The notes: generated by a model from the sequence alone, not told the origin. A stretch of 64,000 nt of DNA from Octopus vulgaris (GCA_951406725.2 OX597819.1:89652001-89716000); one strand, 5' to 3'; shown: positions 26,191 to 42,069, counted from the stretch's first letter. Numbers and translations are program-made.

Positions 26191-27160
26191 ATGTGGTGTC
26201 GGTTTCTCCCTCTGTTATCACTGTCTCTCTCTCTCTCTGTATATATATCTCGCCTTCACTCGCTTCCACAGGCTTAGCCAATACGCAGGATGAAAAATAT
26301 CAGCTAAGTCCTGTTCCTTCTTTTCATTGTTTTTGCAAGTATCATCATCACCATCAAGCCTTCTTCTTATTATTGTTTCCCCATATATTGGCGTTATCGT
26401 TGTCTTTCGTCTCAAATGCTAGCTGAAGCATATAAACTTTCATTCACAAAAACTTCGCAAAAACATCTCGTCTCAAATTTGGTCTTTCTTTCTGTCGCTA
26501 AATTCTCTAACCCATTTTTCCCAACTTCCACTCATAGAAACTTATGCACACGATCGCAAAGCATTCCATCTCAAATCCTGTCTTTCTTTCTGCCGCCTAA
26601 AAATCTCATCTTCTCCCATTGCGCGGTGTCGTTTTGTCCCTCTGTTATCACTATGTCTCTCTCTCTCTCTCTCTCTCTCTCGCTCTCTCTCTCTCGCTAT
26701 GTGGTGTCGGTTTCTCCCTCTGTTATCACTGTCTCTCTCTCTCTCTGTATATATATCTCGCCTTCACTCGCTTCCACAGGCTTAGCCAATACGCAGGATG
26801 AAAAATATCAGCTAAGTCCTGTTCCTTCTTTTCATTGTTTTTGCAAGTATCATCATCACCATCAAGCCTTCTTCTTATTATTGTTTCCCCATATATTGGC
26901 GTTATCGTTGTCTTTCGTCTCAAATGCTAGCTGAAGCATATAAACTTTCATTCACAAAAACTTCGCAAAAACATCTCGTCTCAAATTTGGTCTTTCTTTC
27001 TGTCGCTAAATTCTCTAACCCATTTTTTCCCAACTTCCACTCATAGAAACTTATGCACACGATCGCAAAGCATTCCATCTCAAATCCTGTCTTTCTTTCT
27101 GCCGCCTAAAAATCTCATCTTCTCCCATTGCGCGGTGTCGTTTTGTCCCTCTGTTATCAC

Positions 27161-27197
<37 letters not shown>

Positions 27198-28722
27198 CTC
27201 TCTCTCTCGCTATGTGGTGTCGGTTTCTCCCTCTGTTATCACTGTCTCTCTCTCTCTCTGTATATATATCTCGCCTTCACTCGCTTCCACAGGCTTAGCC
27301 AATACGCAGGATGAAAAATATCAGCTAAGTCCTGTTCCTTCTCTTCATTGTTTTTGCAAGTATCATCATCACCATCAAGCCTTCTTCTTATTATTGTTTC
27401 CCCATATATTGGCGTTATCGTTGTCTTTCGTCTCAAATGCTAGCTGAAGCATATAAACTTTCATTCACAAAAACTTCGCAAAAACATCTCGTCTCAAATT
27501 TGGTCTTTCTTTCTGTCGCTAAATTCTCTAACCCATTTTTCCCAACTTCCACTCATAGAAACTTATGCACACGATCGCAAAGCATTCCATCTCAAATCCT
27601 GTCTTTCTTTCTGCCGCCTAAAAATCTCATCTTCTCCCATTGCGCGGTGTCGTTTTGTCCCTCTGTTATCACTATGTCTCTCTCTCTCTCTCTCTCGCTC
27701 TCTCTCTCTCGCTATGTGGTGTCGGTTTCTCCCTCTGTTATCACTGTCTCTCTCTCTCTCTCTGTATATATATCTCGCCTTTTTTTTTTTTTTTTTTTTT
27801 TTTTCACTCGCTTCCACAGGCTTAGCCAATACGCAGGATGAAAAATATCAGCTAAGTCCTGTTCCTTCTTTTCATTGTTTTTGCAAGTATCATCATCACC
27901 ATCAAGCCTTCTTCTTATTATTGTTTCCCCATATATTGGCGTTATCGTTGTCTTTCGTCTCAAATGCTAGCTGAAGCATATAAACTTTCATTCACAAAAA
28001 CTTCGCAAAAACATCTCGTCTCAAATTTGGTCTTTCTTTCTGTCGCTAAATTCTCTAACCCATTTTTCCCAACTTCCACTCATAGAAACTTATGCACACG
28101 ATCGCAAAGCATTCCATCTCAAATCCTGTCTTTCTTTCTGCCGCCTAAAAATCTCATCTTCTCCCATTGCGCGGTGTCGTTTTGTCCCTCTGTTATCACT
28201 ATGTCTCTCTCTCTCTCTCTCGCTCTCTCTCTCTCGCTATGTGGTGTCGGTTTCTCCCTCTGTTATCACTGTCTCTCTCTCTCTCTCTGTATATATATCT
28301 CGCCTTTTTTTTTTTTTTTTTTTTTTCACTCGCTTCCACAGGCTTAGCCAATACGCAGGATGAAAAATATCAGCTAAGTCCTGTTCCTTCTTTTCATTGT
28401 TTTTGCAAGTATCATCATCACCATCAAGCCTTCTTATTATTATTGTTTCCCCATATATTGGCGTTATCGTTGTCTTTCGTCTCAAATGCTAGCTGAAGCA
28501 TATAAACTTTCATTCACAAAAACTTCGCAAAAACATCTCGTCTCAAATTTGGTCTTTCTTTCTGTCGCTAAATTCTCTAACCCATCTTTTCCCAACTTCC
28601 ACTCATAGAAACTTATGCACACGATCGCAAAGCATTCCATCTCAAATCCTGTCTTTCTTTCTGCCGCCTAAAAATCTCATCTTCTCCCATTGCGCGGTGT
28701 CGTTTTGTCCCTCTGTTATCAC

Positions 28723-28759
<37 letters not shown>

Positions 28760-29235
28760 CTCTCTCTCTCGCTATGTGGTGTCGGTTTCTCCCTCTGTTA
28801 TCACTGTCTCTCTCTCTCTCTGTATATATATCTCGCCTTCACTCGCTTCCACAGGCTTAGCCAATACGCAGGATGAAAAATATCAGCTAAGTCCTGTTCC
28901 TTCTTTTCATTGTTTTTGCAAGTATCATCATCACCATCAAGCCTTCTTATTATTATTGTTTCCCCATATATTGGCGTTATCGTTGTCTTTCGTCTCAAAT
29001 GCTAGCTGAAGCATATAAACTTTCATTCACAAAAACTTCGCAAAAACATCTCGTCTCAAATTTGGTCTTTCTTTCTGTCGCTAAATTCTCTAACCCATCT
29101 TTTCCCAACTTCCACTCATAGAAACTTATGCACACGATCGCAAAGCATTCCATCTCAAATCCTGTCTTTCTTTCTGCCGCCTAAAAATCTCATCTTCTCC
29201 CATTGCGCGGTGTCGTTTTGTCCCTCTGTTATCAC

Positions 29236-29272
<37 letters not shown>

Positions 29273-29748
29273 CTCTCTCTCTCGCTATGTGGTGTCGGTT
29301 TCTCCCTCTGTTATCACTGTCTCTCTCTCTCTCTGTATATATATCTCGCCTTCACTCGCTTCCACAGGCTTAGCCAATACGCAGGATGAAAAATATCAGC
29401 TAAGTCCTGTTCCTTCTTTTCATTGTTTTTGCAAGTATCATCATCACCATCAAGCCTTCTTATTATTATTGTTTCCCCATATATTGGCGTTATCGTTGTC
29501 TTTCGTCTCAAATGCTAGCTGAAGCATATAAACTTTCATTCACAAAAACTTCGCAAAAACATCTCGTCTCAAATTTGGTCTTTCTTTCTGTCGCTAAATT
29601 CTCTAACCCATCTTTTCCCAACTTCCACTCATAGAAACTTATGCACACGATCGCAAAGCATTCCATCTCAAATCCTGTCTTTCTTTCTGCCGCCTAAAAA
29701 TCTCATCTTCTCCCATTGCGCGGTGTCGTTTTGTCCCTCTGTTATCAC

Positions 29749-29785
<37 letters not shown>

Positions 29786-30268
29786 CTCTCTCTCTCGCTA
29801 TGTGGTGTCGGTTTCTCCCTCTGTTATCACTGTCTCTCTCTCTCTCTGTATATATATCTCGCCTTCACTCGCTTCCACAGGCTTAGCCAATACGCAGGAT
29901 GAAAAATATCAGCTAAGTCCTGTTCCTTCTTTTCATTGTTTTTGCAAGTATCATCATCACCATCAAGCCTTCTTCTTATTATTGTTTCCCCATATATTGG
30001 CGTTATCGTTGTCTTTCGTCTCAAATGCTAGCTGAAGCATATAAACTTTCATTCACAAAAACTTCGCAAAAACATCTCGTCTCAAATTTGGTCTTTCTTT
30101 CTGTCGCTAAATTCTCTAACCCATCTTTTCCCAACTTCCACTCATAGAAACTTATGCACACGATCGCAAAGCATTCCATCTCAAATCCTGTCTTTCTTTC
30201 TGCCGCCTAAAAATCTCATCTTCTCCCATTGCGCGGTGTCGTTTTGTCCCTCTGTTATCACTATGTCT

Positions 30269-30300
<32 letters not shown>

Positions 30301-30790
30301 GCTATGTGGTGTCGGTTTCTCCCTCTGTTATCACTGTCTCTCTCTCTCTCTCTGTATATATATCTCGCCTTTTTTTTTTTTTTTTTTTTTTTTTCACTCG
30401 CTTCCACAGGCTTAGCCAATACGCAGGATGAAAAATATCAGCTAAGTCCTGTTCCTTCTTTTCATTGTTTTTGCAAGTATCATCATCACCATCAAGCCTT
30501 CTTATTATTATTGTTTCCCCATATATTGGCGTTATCGTTGTCTTTCGTCTCAAATGCTAGCTGAAGCATATAAACTTTCATTCACAAAAACTTCGCAAAA
30601 ACATCTCGTCTCAAATTTGGTCTTTCTTTCTGTCGCTAAATTCTCTAACCCATCTTTTCCCAACTTCCACTCATAGAAACTTATGCACACGATCGCAAAG
30701 CATTCCATCTCAAATCCTGTCTTTCTTTCTGCCGCCTAAAAATCTCATCTTCTCCCATTGCGCGGTGTCGTTTTGTCCCTCTGTTATCAC

Positions 30791-30839
<49 letters not shown>

Positions 30840-31814
30840 ATGTGGTGTCGGTTTCTCCCTCTGTTATCACTGTCTCTCTCTCTCTCTCTGTATATATATC
30901 TCGCCTTCACTCGCTTCCACAGGCTTAGCCAATACGCAGGATGAAAAATATCAGCTAAGTCCTGTTCCTTCTTTTCATTGTTTTTGCAAGTATCATCATC
31001 ACCATCAAGCCTTCTTATTATTATTGTTTCCCCATATATTGGCGTTATCGTTGTCTTTCGTCTCAAATGCTAGCTGAAGCATATAAACTTTCATTCACAA
31101 AAACTTCGCAAAAACATCTCGTCTCAAATTTGGTCTTTCTTTCTGTCGCTAAATTCTCTAACCCATCTTTTCCCAACTTCCACTCATAGAAACTTATGCA
31201 CACGATCGCAAAGCATTCCATCTCAAATCCTGTCTTTCTTTCTGCCGCCTAAAAATCTCATCTTCTCCCATTGCGCGGTGTCGTTTTGTCCCTCTGTTAT
31301 CACTATGTCTCTCTCTCTCTCTCTCTCTCTCCCTCGCTCTCTCTCTCTCGCTATGTGGTGTCGGTTTCTCCCTCTGTTATCACTGTCTCTCTCTCTCTCT
31401 GTATATATATCTCGCCTTCACTCGCTTCCACAGGCTTAGCCAATACGCAGGATGAAAAATATCAGCTAAGTCCTGTTCCTTCTTTTCATTGTTTTTGCAA
31501 GTATCATCATCACCATCAAGCCTTCTTATTATTATTGTTTCCCCATATATTGGCGTTATCGTTGTCTTTCGTCTCAAATGCTAGCTGAAGCATATAAACT
31601 TTCATTCACAAAAACTTCGCAAAAACATCTCGTCTCAAATTTGGTCTTTCTTTCTGTCGCTAAATTCTCTAACCCATCTTTTCCCAACTTCCACTCATAG
31701 AAACTTATGCACACGATCGCAAAGCATTCCATCTCAAATCCTGTCTTTCTTTCTGCCGCCTAAAAATCTCATCTTCTCCCATTGCGCGGTGTCGTTTTGT
31801 CCCTCTGTTATCAC

Positions 31815-31859
<45 letters not shown>

Positions 31860-32339
31860 CTCTCTCTCTCGCTATGTGGTGTCGGTTTCTCCCTCTGTTA
31901 TCACTGTCTCTCTCTCTCTCTCTCTGTATATATATCTCGCCTTCACTCGCTTCCACAGGCTTAGCCAATACGCAGGATGAAAAATATCAGCTAAGTCCTG
32001 TTCCTTCTTTTCATTGTTTTTGCAAGTATCATCATCACCATCAAGCCTTCTTATTATTATTGTTTCCCCATATATTGGCGTTATCGTTGTCTTTCGTCTC
32101 AAATGCTAGCTGAAGCATATAAACTTTCATTCACAAAAACTTCGCAAAAACATCTCGTCTCAAATTTGGTCTTTCTTTCTGTCGCTAAATTCTCTAACCC
32201 ATCTTTTCCCAACTTCCACTCATAGAAACTTATGCACACGATCGCAAAGCATTCCATCTCAAATCCTGTCTTTCTTTCTGCCGCCTAAAAATCTCATCTT
32301 CTCCCATTGCGCGGTGTCGTTTTGTCCCTCTGTTATCAC

Positions 32340-32376
<37 letters not shown>

Positions 32377-32853
32377 CTCTCTCTCTCGCTATGTGGTGTC
32401 GGTTTCTCCCTCTGTTATCACTGTCTCTCTCTCTCTCTGTATATATATCTCGCCTTCACTCGCTTCCACAGGCTTAGCCAATACGCAGGATGAAAAATAT
32501 CAGCTAAGTCCTGTTCCTTCTTTTCATTGTTTTTGCAAGTATCATCATCACCATCAAGCCTTCTTATTATTATTGTTTCCCCATATATTGGCGTTATCGT
32601 TGTCTTTCGTCTCAAATGCTAGCTGAAGCATATAAACTTTCATTCACAAAAACTTCGCAAAAACATCTCGTCTCAAATTTGGTCTTTCTTTCTGTCGCTA
32701 AATTCTCTAACCCATCTTTTCCCAACTTCCACTCATAGAAACTTATGCACACGATCGCAAAGCATTCCATCTCAAATCCTGTCTTTCTTTCTGCCGCCTA
32801 AAAATCTCATCTTCTCCCATTGCGCGGGTGTCGTTTTGTCCCTCTGTTATCAC

Positions 32854-32896
<43 letters not shown>

Positions 32897-33372
32897 CTCT
32901 CTCTCTCGCTATGTGGTGTCGGTTTCTCCCTCTGTTATCACTGTCTCTCTCTCTCTCTGTATATATATCTCGCCTTCACTCGCTTCCACAGGCTTAGCCA
33001 ATACGCAGGATGAAAAATATCAGCTAAGTCCTGTTCCTTCTTTTCATTGTTTTTGCAAGTATCATCATCACCATCAAGCCTTCTTATTATTATTGTTTCC
33101 CCATATATTGGCGTTATCGTTGTCTTTCGTCTCAAATGCTAGCTGAAGCATATAAACTTTCATTCACAAAAACTTCGCAAAAACATCTCGTCTCAAATTT
33201 GGTCTTTCTTTCTGTCGCTAAATTCTCTAACCCATCTTTTCCCAACTTCCACTCATAGAAACTTATGCACACGATCGCAAAGCATTCCATCTCAAATCCT
33301 GTCTTTCTTTCTGCCGCCTAAAAATCTCATCTTCTCCCATTGCGCGGTGTCGTTTTGTCCCTCTGTTATCAC

Positions 33373-33411
<39 letters not shown>

Positions 33412-33887
33412 CTCTCTCTCTCGCTATGTGGTGTCGGTTTCTCCCTCTGTTATCACTGTCTCTCTCTCTCTCTGTATATATATCTCGCCTTCACTCGCTT
33501 CCACAGGCTTAGCCAATACGCAGGATGAAAAATATCAGCTAAGTCCTGTTCCTTCTTTTCATTGTTTTTGCAAGTATCATCATCACCATCAAGCCTTCTT
33601 ATTATTATTGTTTCCCCATATATTGGCGTTATCGTTGTCTTTCGTCTCAAATGCTAGCTGAAGCATATAAACTTTCATTCACAAAAACTTCGCAAAAACA
33701 TCTCGTCTCAAATTTGGTCTTTCTTTCTGTCGCTAAATTCTCTAACCCATCTTTTCCCAACTTCCACTCATAGAAACTTATGCACACGATCGCAAAGCAT
33801 TCCATCTCAAATCCTGTCTTTCTTTCTGCCGCCTAAAAATCTCATCTTCTCCCATTGCGCGGTGTCGTTTTGTCCCTCTGTTATCAC

Positions 33888-33924
<37 letters not shown>

Positions 33925-34400
33925 CTCTCTCTCTCGCTATGTGGTGTCGGTTTCTCCCTCTGTTATCACTGTCTCTCTCTCTCTCTGTATATATATCTCG
34001 CCTTCACTCGCTTCCACAGGCTTAGCCAATACGCAGGATGAAAAATATCAGCTAAGTCCTGTTCCTTCTTTTCATTGTTTTTGCAAGTATCATCATCACC
34101 ATCAAGCCTTCTTATTATTATTGTTTCCCCATATATTGGCGTTATCGTTGTCTTTCGTCTCAAATGCTAGCTGAAGCATATAAACTTTCATTCACAAAAA
34201 CTTCGCAAAAACATCTCGTCTCAAATTTGGTCTTTCTTTCTGTCGCTAAATTCTCTAACCCATCTTTTCCCAACTTCCACTCATAGAAACTTATGCACAC
34301 GATCGCAAAGCATTCCATCTCAAATCCTGTCTTTCTTTCTGCCGCCTAAAAATCTCATCTTCTCCCATTGCGCGGTGTCGTTTTGTCCCTCTGTTATCAC

Positions 34401-34453
<53 letters not shown>

Positions 34454-34915
34454 ATGTGGTGTCGGTTTCTCCCTCTGTTATCACTGTCTCTCTCTCTCTC
34501 TGTATATATATCTCGCCTTCACTCGCTTCCACAGGCTTAGCCAATACGCAGGATGAAAAATATCAGCTAAGTCCTGTTCCTTCTTTTCATTGTTTTTGCA
34601 AGTATCATCATCACCATCAAGCCTTCTTATTATTATTGTTTCCCCATATATTGGCGTTATCGTTGTCTTTCGTCTCAAATGCTAGCTGAAGCATATAAAC
34701 TTTCATTCACAAAAACTTCGCAAAAACATCTCGTCTCAAATTTGGTCTTTCTTTCTGTCGCTAAATTCTCTAACCCATCTTTTCCCAACTTCCACTCATA
34801 GAAACTTATGCACACGATCGCAAAGCATTCCATCTCAAATCCTGTCTTTCTTTCTGCCGCCTAAAAATCTCATCTTCTCCCATTGCGCGGTGTCGTTTTG
34901 TCCCTCTGTTATCAC

Positions 34916-34952
<37 letters not shown>

Positions 34953-35428
34953 CTCTCTCTCTCGCTATGTGGTGTCGGTTTCTCCCTCTGTTATCACTGT
35001 CTCTCTCTCTCTCTGTATATATATCTCGCCTTCACTCGCTTCCACAGGCTTAGCCAATACGCAGGATGAAAAATATCAGCTAAGTCCTGTTCCTTCTTTT
35101 CATTGTTTTTGCAAGTATCATCATCACCATCAAGCCTTCTTATTATTATTGTTTCCCCATATATTGGCGTTATCGTTGTCTTTCGTCTCAAATGCTAGCT
35201 GAAGCATATAAACTTTCATTCACAAAAACTTCGCAAAAACATCTCGTCTCAAATTTGGTCTTTCTTTCTGTCGCTAAATTCTCTAACCCATCTTTTCCCA
35301 ACTTCCACTCATAGAAACTTATGCACACGATCGCAAAGCATTCCATCTCAAATCCTGTCTTTCTTTCTGCCGCCTAAAAATCTCATCTTCTCCCATTGCG
35401 CGGTGTCGTTTTGTCCCTCTGTTATCAC

Positions 35429-35463
<35 letters not shown>

Positions 35464-36448
35464 CTCTCTCTCTCGCTATGTGGTGTCGGTTTCTCCCTCT
35501 GTTATCACTGTCTCTCTCTCTCTCTGTATATATATCTCGCCTTCACTCGCTTCCACAGGCTTAGCCAATACGCAGGATGAAAAATATCAGCTAAGTCCTG
35601 TTCCTTCTTTTCATTGTTTTTGCAAGTATCATCATCACCATCAAGCCTTCTTATTATTATTGTTTCCCCATATATTGGCGTTATCGTTGTCTTTCGTCTC
35701 AAATGCTAGCTGAAGCATATAAACTTTCATTCACAAAAACTTCGCAAAAACATCTCGTCTCAAATTTGGTCTTTCTTTCTGTCGCTAAATTCTCTAACCC
35801 ATCTTTTCCCAACTTCCACTCATAGAAACTTATGCACACGATCGCAAAGCATTCCATCTCAAATCCTGTCTTTCTTTCTGCCGCCTAAAAATCTCATCTT
35901 CTCCCATTGCGCGGTGTCGTTTTGTCCCTCTGTTATCACTATGTCTCTCTCTCTCTCTCTCTCTCTCTCGCTCTCTCTCTCTCGCTATGTGGTGTCGGTT
36001 TCTCCCTCTGTTATCACTGTCTCTCTCTCTCTCTGTATATATATCTCGCCTTCACTCGCTTCCACAGGCTTAGCCAATACGCAGGATGAAAAATATCAGC
36101 TAAGTCCTGTTCCTTCTTTTCATTGTTTTTGCAAGTATCATCATCACCATCAAGCCTTCTTATTATTATTGTTTCCCCATATATTGGCGTTATCGTTGTC
36201 TTTCGTCTCAAATGCTAGCTGAAGCATATAAACTTTCATTCACAAAAACTTCGCAAAAACATCTCGTCTCAAATTTGGTCTTTCTTTCTGTCGCTAAATT
36301 CTCTAACCCATCTTTTCCCAACTTCCACTCATAGAAACTTATGCACACGATCGCAAAGCATTCCATCTCAAATCCTGTCTTTCTTTCTGCCGCCTAAAAA
36401 TCTCATCTTCTCCCATTGCGCGGTGTCGTTTTGTCCCTCTGTTATCAC

Positions 36449-36485
<37 letters not shown>

Positions 36486-36961
36486 CTCTCTCTCTCGCTA
36501 TGTGGTGTCGGTTTCTCCCTCTGTTATCACTGTCTCTCTCTCTCTCTGTATATATATCTCGCCTTCACTCGCTTCCACAGGCTTAGCCAATACGCAGGAT
36601 GAAAAATATCAGCTAAGTCCTGTTCCTTCTTTTCATTGTTTTTGCAAGTATCATCATCACCATCAAGCCTTCTTATTATTATTGTTTCCCCATATATTGG
36701 CGTTATCGTTGTCTTTCGTCTCAAATGCTAGCTGAAGCATATAAACTTTCATTCACAAAAACTTCGCAAAAACATCTCGTCTCAAATTTGGTCTTTCTTT
36801 CTGTCGCTAAATTCTCTAACCCATCTTTTCCCAACTTCCACTCATAGAAACTTATGCACACGATCGCAAAGCATTCCATCTCAAATCCTGTCTTTCTTTC
36901 TGCCGCCTAAAAATCTCATCTTCTCCCATTGCGCGGTGTCGTTTTGTCCCTCTGTTATCAC

Positions 36962-37006
<45 letters not shown>

Positions 37007-37471
37007 GCTATGTGGTGTCGGTTTCTCCCTCTGTTATCACTGTCTCTCTCTCTCTCTGTATATATATCTCGCCTTCACTCGCTTCCACAGGCTTAGCCAA
37101 TACGCAGGATGAAAAATATCAGCTAAGTCCTGTTCCTTCTTTTCATTGTTTTTGCAAGTATCATCATCACCATCAAGCCTTCTTATTATTATTGTTTCCC
37201 CATATATTGGCGTTATCGTTGTCTTTCGTCTCAAATGCTAGCTGAAGCATATAAACTTTCATTCACAAAAACTTCGCAAAAACATCTCGTCTCAAATTTG
37301 GTCTTTCTTTCTGTCGCTAAATTCTCTAACCCATCTTTTCCCAACTTCCACTCATAGAAACTTATGCACACGATCGCAAAGCATTCCATCTCAAATCCTG
37401 TCTTTCTTTCTGCCGCCTAAAAATCTCATCTTCTCCCATTGCGCGGTGTCGTTTTGTCCCTCTGTTATCAC

Positions 37472-37508
<37 letters not shown>

Positions 37509-38493
37509 CTCTCTCTCTCGCTATGTGGTGTCGGTTTCTCCCTCTGTTATCACTGTCTCTCTCTCTCTCTGTATATATATCTCGCCTTCACTCGCTTCCA
37601 CAGGCTTAGCCAATACGCAGGATGAAAAATATCAGCTAAGTCCTGTTCCTTCTTTTCATTGTTTTTGCAAGTATCATCATCACCATCAAGCCTTCTTATT
37701 ATTATTGTTTCCCCATATATTGGCGTTATCGTTGTCTTTCGTCTCAAATGCTAGCTGAAGCATATAAACTTTCATTCACAAAAACTTCGCAAAAACATCT
37801 CGTCTCAAATTTGGTCTTTCTTTCTGTCGCTAAATTCTCTAACCCATCTTTTCCCAACTTCCACTCATAGAAACTTATGCACACGATCGCAAAGCATTCC
37901 ATCTCAAATCCTGTCTTTCTTTCTGCCGCCTAAAAATCTCATCTTCTCCCATTGCGCGGTGTCGTTTTGTCCCTCTGTTATCACTATGTCTCTCTCTCTC
38001 TCTCTCTCTCTCTCGCTCTCTCTCTCTCGCTATGTGGTGTCGGTTTCTCCCTCTGTTATCACTGTCTCTCTCTCTCTCTGTATATATATCTCGCCTTCAC
38101 TCGCTTCCACAGGCTTAGCCAATACGCAGGATGAAAAATATCAGCTAAGTCCTGTTCCTTCTTTTCATTGTTTTTGCAAGTATCATCATCACCATCAAGC
38201 CTTCTTATTATTATTGTTTCCCCATATATTGGCGTTATCGTTGTCTTTCGTCTCAAATGCTAGCTGAAGCATATAAACTTTCATTCACAAAAACTTCGCA
38301 AAAACATCTCGTCTCAAATTTGGTCTTTCTTTCTGTCGCTAAATTCTCTAACCCATTTTTTCCCAACTTCCACTCATAGAAACTTATGCACACGATCGCA
38401 AAGCATTCCATCTCAAATCCTGTCTTTCTTTCTGCCGCCTAAAAATCTCATCTTCTCCCATTGCGCGGTGTCGTTTTGTCCCTCTGTTATCAC

Positions 38494-38530
<37 letters not shown>

Positions 38531-39006
38531 CTCTCTCTCTCGCTATGTGGTGTCGGTTTCTCCCTCTGTTATCACTGTCTCTCTCTCTCTCTGTATATAT
38601 ATCTCGCCTTCACTCGCTTCCACAGGCTTAGCCAATACGCAGGATGAAAAATATCAGCTAAGTCCTGTTCCTTCTTTTCATTGTTTTTGCAAGTATCATC
38701 ATCACCATCAAGCCTTCTTATTATTATTGTTTCCCCATATATTGGCGTTATCGTTGTCTTTCGTCTCAAATGCTAGCTGAAGCATATAAACTTTCATTCA
38801 CAAAAACTTCGCAAAAACATCTCGTCTCAAATTTGGTCTTTCTTTCTGTCGCTAAATTCTCTAACCCATCTTTTCCCAACTTCCACTCATAGAAACTTAT
38901 GCACACGATCGCAAAGCATTCCATCTCAAATCCTGTCTTTCTTTCTGCCGCCTAAAAATCTCATCTTCTCCCATTGCGCGGTGTCGTTTTGTCCCTCTGT
39001 TATCAC

Positions 39007-39043
<37 letters not shown>

Positions 39044-39519
39044 CTCTCTCTCTCGCTATGTGGTGTCGGTTTCTCCCTCTGTTATCACTGTCTCTCTCTC
39101 TCTCTGTATATATATCTCGCCTTCACTCGCTTCCACAGGCTTAGCCAATACGCAGGATGAAAAATATCAGCTAAGTCCTGTTCCTTCTTTTCATTGTTTT
39201 TGCAAGTATCATCATCACCATCAAGCCTTCTTATTATTATTGTTTCCCCATATATTGGCGTTATCGTTGTCTTTCGTCTCAAATGCTAGCTGAAGCATAT
39301 AAACTTTCATTCACAAAAACTTCGCAAAAACATCTCGTCTCAAATTTGGTCTTTCTTTCTGTCGCTAAATTCTCTAACCCATTTTTTCCCAACTTCCACT
39401 CATAGAAACTTATGCACACGATCGCAAAGCATTCCATCTCAAATCCTGTCTTTCTTTCTGCCGCCTAAAAATCTCATCTTCTCCCATTGCGCGGTGTCGT
39501 TTTGTCCCTCTGTTATCAC

Positions 39520-39556
<37 letters not shown>

Positions 39557-40540
39557 CTCTCTCTCTCGCTATGTGGTGTCGGTTTCTCCCTCTGTTATCA
39601 CTGTCTCTCTCTCTCTCTGTATATATATCTCGCCTTCACTCGCTTCCACAGGCTTAGCCAATACGCAGGATGAAAAATATCAGCTAAGTCCTGTTCCTTC
39701 TTTTCATTGTTTTTGCAAGTATCATCATCACCATCAAGCCTTCTTCTTATTATTGTTTCCCCATATATTGGCGTTATCGTTGTCTTTCGTCTCAAATGCT
39801 AGCTGAAGCATATAAACTTTCATTCACAAAAACTTCGCAAAAACATCTCGTCTCAAATTTGGTCTTTCTTTCTGTCGCTAAATTCTCTAACCCATCTTTT
39901 CCCAACTTCCACTCATAGAAACTTATGCACACGATCGCAAAGCATTCCATCTCAAATCCTGTCTTTCTTTCTGCCGCCTAAAAATCTCATCTTCTCCCAT
40001 TGCGCGGTGTCGTTTTGTCCCTCTGTTATCACTATGTCTCTCTCTCTCTCTCTCTCTCTCTCGCTCTCTCTCTCTCGCTATGTGGTGTCGGTTTCTCCCT
40101 CTGTTATCACTGTCTCTCTCTCTCTCTGTATATATATCTCGCCTTCACTCGCTTCCACAGGCTTAGCCAATACGCAGGATGAAAAATATCAGCTAAGTCC
40201 TGTTCCTTCTTTTCATTGTTTTTGCAAGTATCATCATCACCATCAAGCCTTCTTATTATTATTGTTTCCCCATATATTGGCGTTATCGTTGTCTTTCGTC
40301 TCAAATGCTAGCTGAAGCATATAAACTTTCATTCACAAAAACTTCGCAAAAACATCTCGTCTCAAATTTGGTCTTTCTTTCTGTCGCTAAATTCTCTAAC
40401 CCATTTTTCCCAACTTCCACTCATAGAAACTTATGCACACGATCGCAAAGCATTCCATCTCAAATCCTGTCTTTCTTTCTGCCGCCTAAAAATCTCATCT
40501 TCTCCCATTGCGCGGTGTCGTTTTGTCCCTCTGTTATCAC

Positions 40541-40577
<37 letters not shown>

Positions 40578-41052
40578 CTCTCTCTCTCGCTATGTGGTGT
40601 CGGTTTCTCCCTCTGTTATCACTGTCTCTCTCTCTCTCTGTATATATATCTCGCCTTCACTCGCTTCCACAGGCTTAGCCAATACGCAGGATGAAAAATA
40701 TCAGCTAAGTCCTGTTCCTTCTTTTCATTGTTTTTGCAAGTATCATCATCACCATCAAGCCTTCTTCTTATTATTGTTTCCCCATATATTGGCGTTATCG
40801 TTGTCTTTCGTCTCAAATGCTAGCTGAAGCATATAAACTTTCATTCACAAAAACTTCGCAAAAACATCTCGTCTCAAATTTGGTCTTTCTTTCTGTCGCT
40901 AAATTCTCTAACCCATTTTTCCCAACTTCCACTCATAGAAACTTATGCACACGATCGCAAAGCATTCCATCTCAAATCCTGTCTTTCTTTCTGCCGCCTA
41001 AAAATCTCATCTTCTCCCATTGCGCGGTGTCGTTTTGTCCCTCTGTTATCAC

Positions 41053-41086
<34 letters not shown>

Positions 41087-42069
41087 CTCTCTCTCTCGCT
41101 ATGTGGTGTCGGTTTCTCCCTCTGTTATCACTGTCTCTCTCTCTCTCTGTATATATATCTCGCCTTCACTCGCTTCCACAGGCTTAGCCAATACGCAGGA
41201 TGAAAAATATCAGCTAAGTCCTGTTCCTTCTTTTCATTGTTTTTGCAAGTATCATCATCACCATCAAGCCTTCTTATTATTATTGTTTCCCCATATATTG
41301 GCGTTATCGTTGTCTTTCGTCTCAAATGCTAGCTGAAGCATATAAACTTTCATTCACAAAAACTTCGCAAAAACATCTCGTCTCAAATTTGGTCTTTCTT
41401 TCTGTCGCTAAATTCTCTAACCCATTTTTCCCAACTTCCACTCATAGAAACTTATGCACACGATCGCAAAGCATTCCATCTCAAATCCTGTCTTTCTTTC
41501 TGCCGCCTAAAAATCTCATCTTCTCCCATTGCGCGGTGTCGTTTTGTCCCTCTGTTATCACTATGTCTCTCTCTCTCTCTCTCTCTCTCTCGCTCTCTCT
41601 CTCTCGCTATGTGGTGTCGGTTTCTCCCTCTGTTATCACTGTCTCTCTCTCTCTCTGTATATATATCTCGCCTTCACTCGCTTCCACAGGCTTAGCCAAT
41701 ACGCAGGATGAAAAATATCAGCTAAGTCCTGTTCCTTCTTTTCATTGTTTTTGCAAGTATCATCATCACCATCAAGCCTTCTTATTATTATTGTTTCCCC
41801 ATATATTGGCGTTATCGTTGTCTTTCGTCTCAAATGCTAGCTGAAGCATATAAACTTTCATTCACAAAAACTTCGCAAAAACATCTCGTCTCAAATTTGG
41901 TCTTTCTTTCTGTCGCTAAATTCTCTAACCCATTTTTCCCAACTTCCACTCATAGAAACTTATGCACACGATCGCAAAGCATTCCATCTCAAATCCTGTC
42001 TTTCTTTCTGCCGCCTAAAAATCTCATCTTCTCCCATTGCGCGGTGTCGTTTTGTCCCTCTGTTATCAC

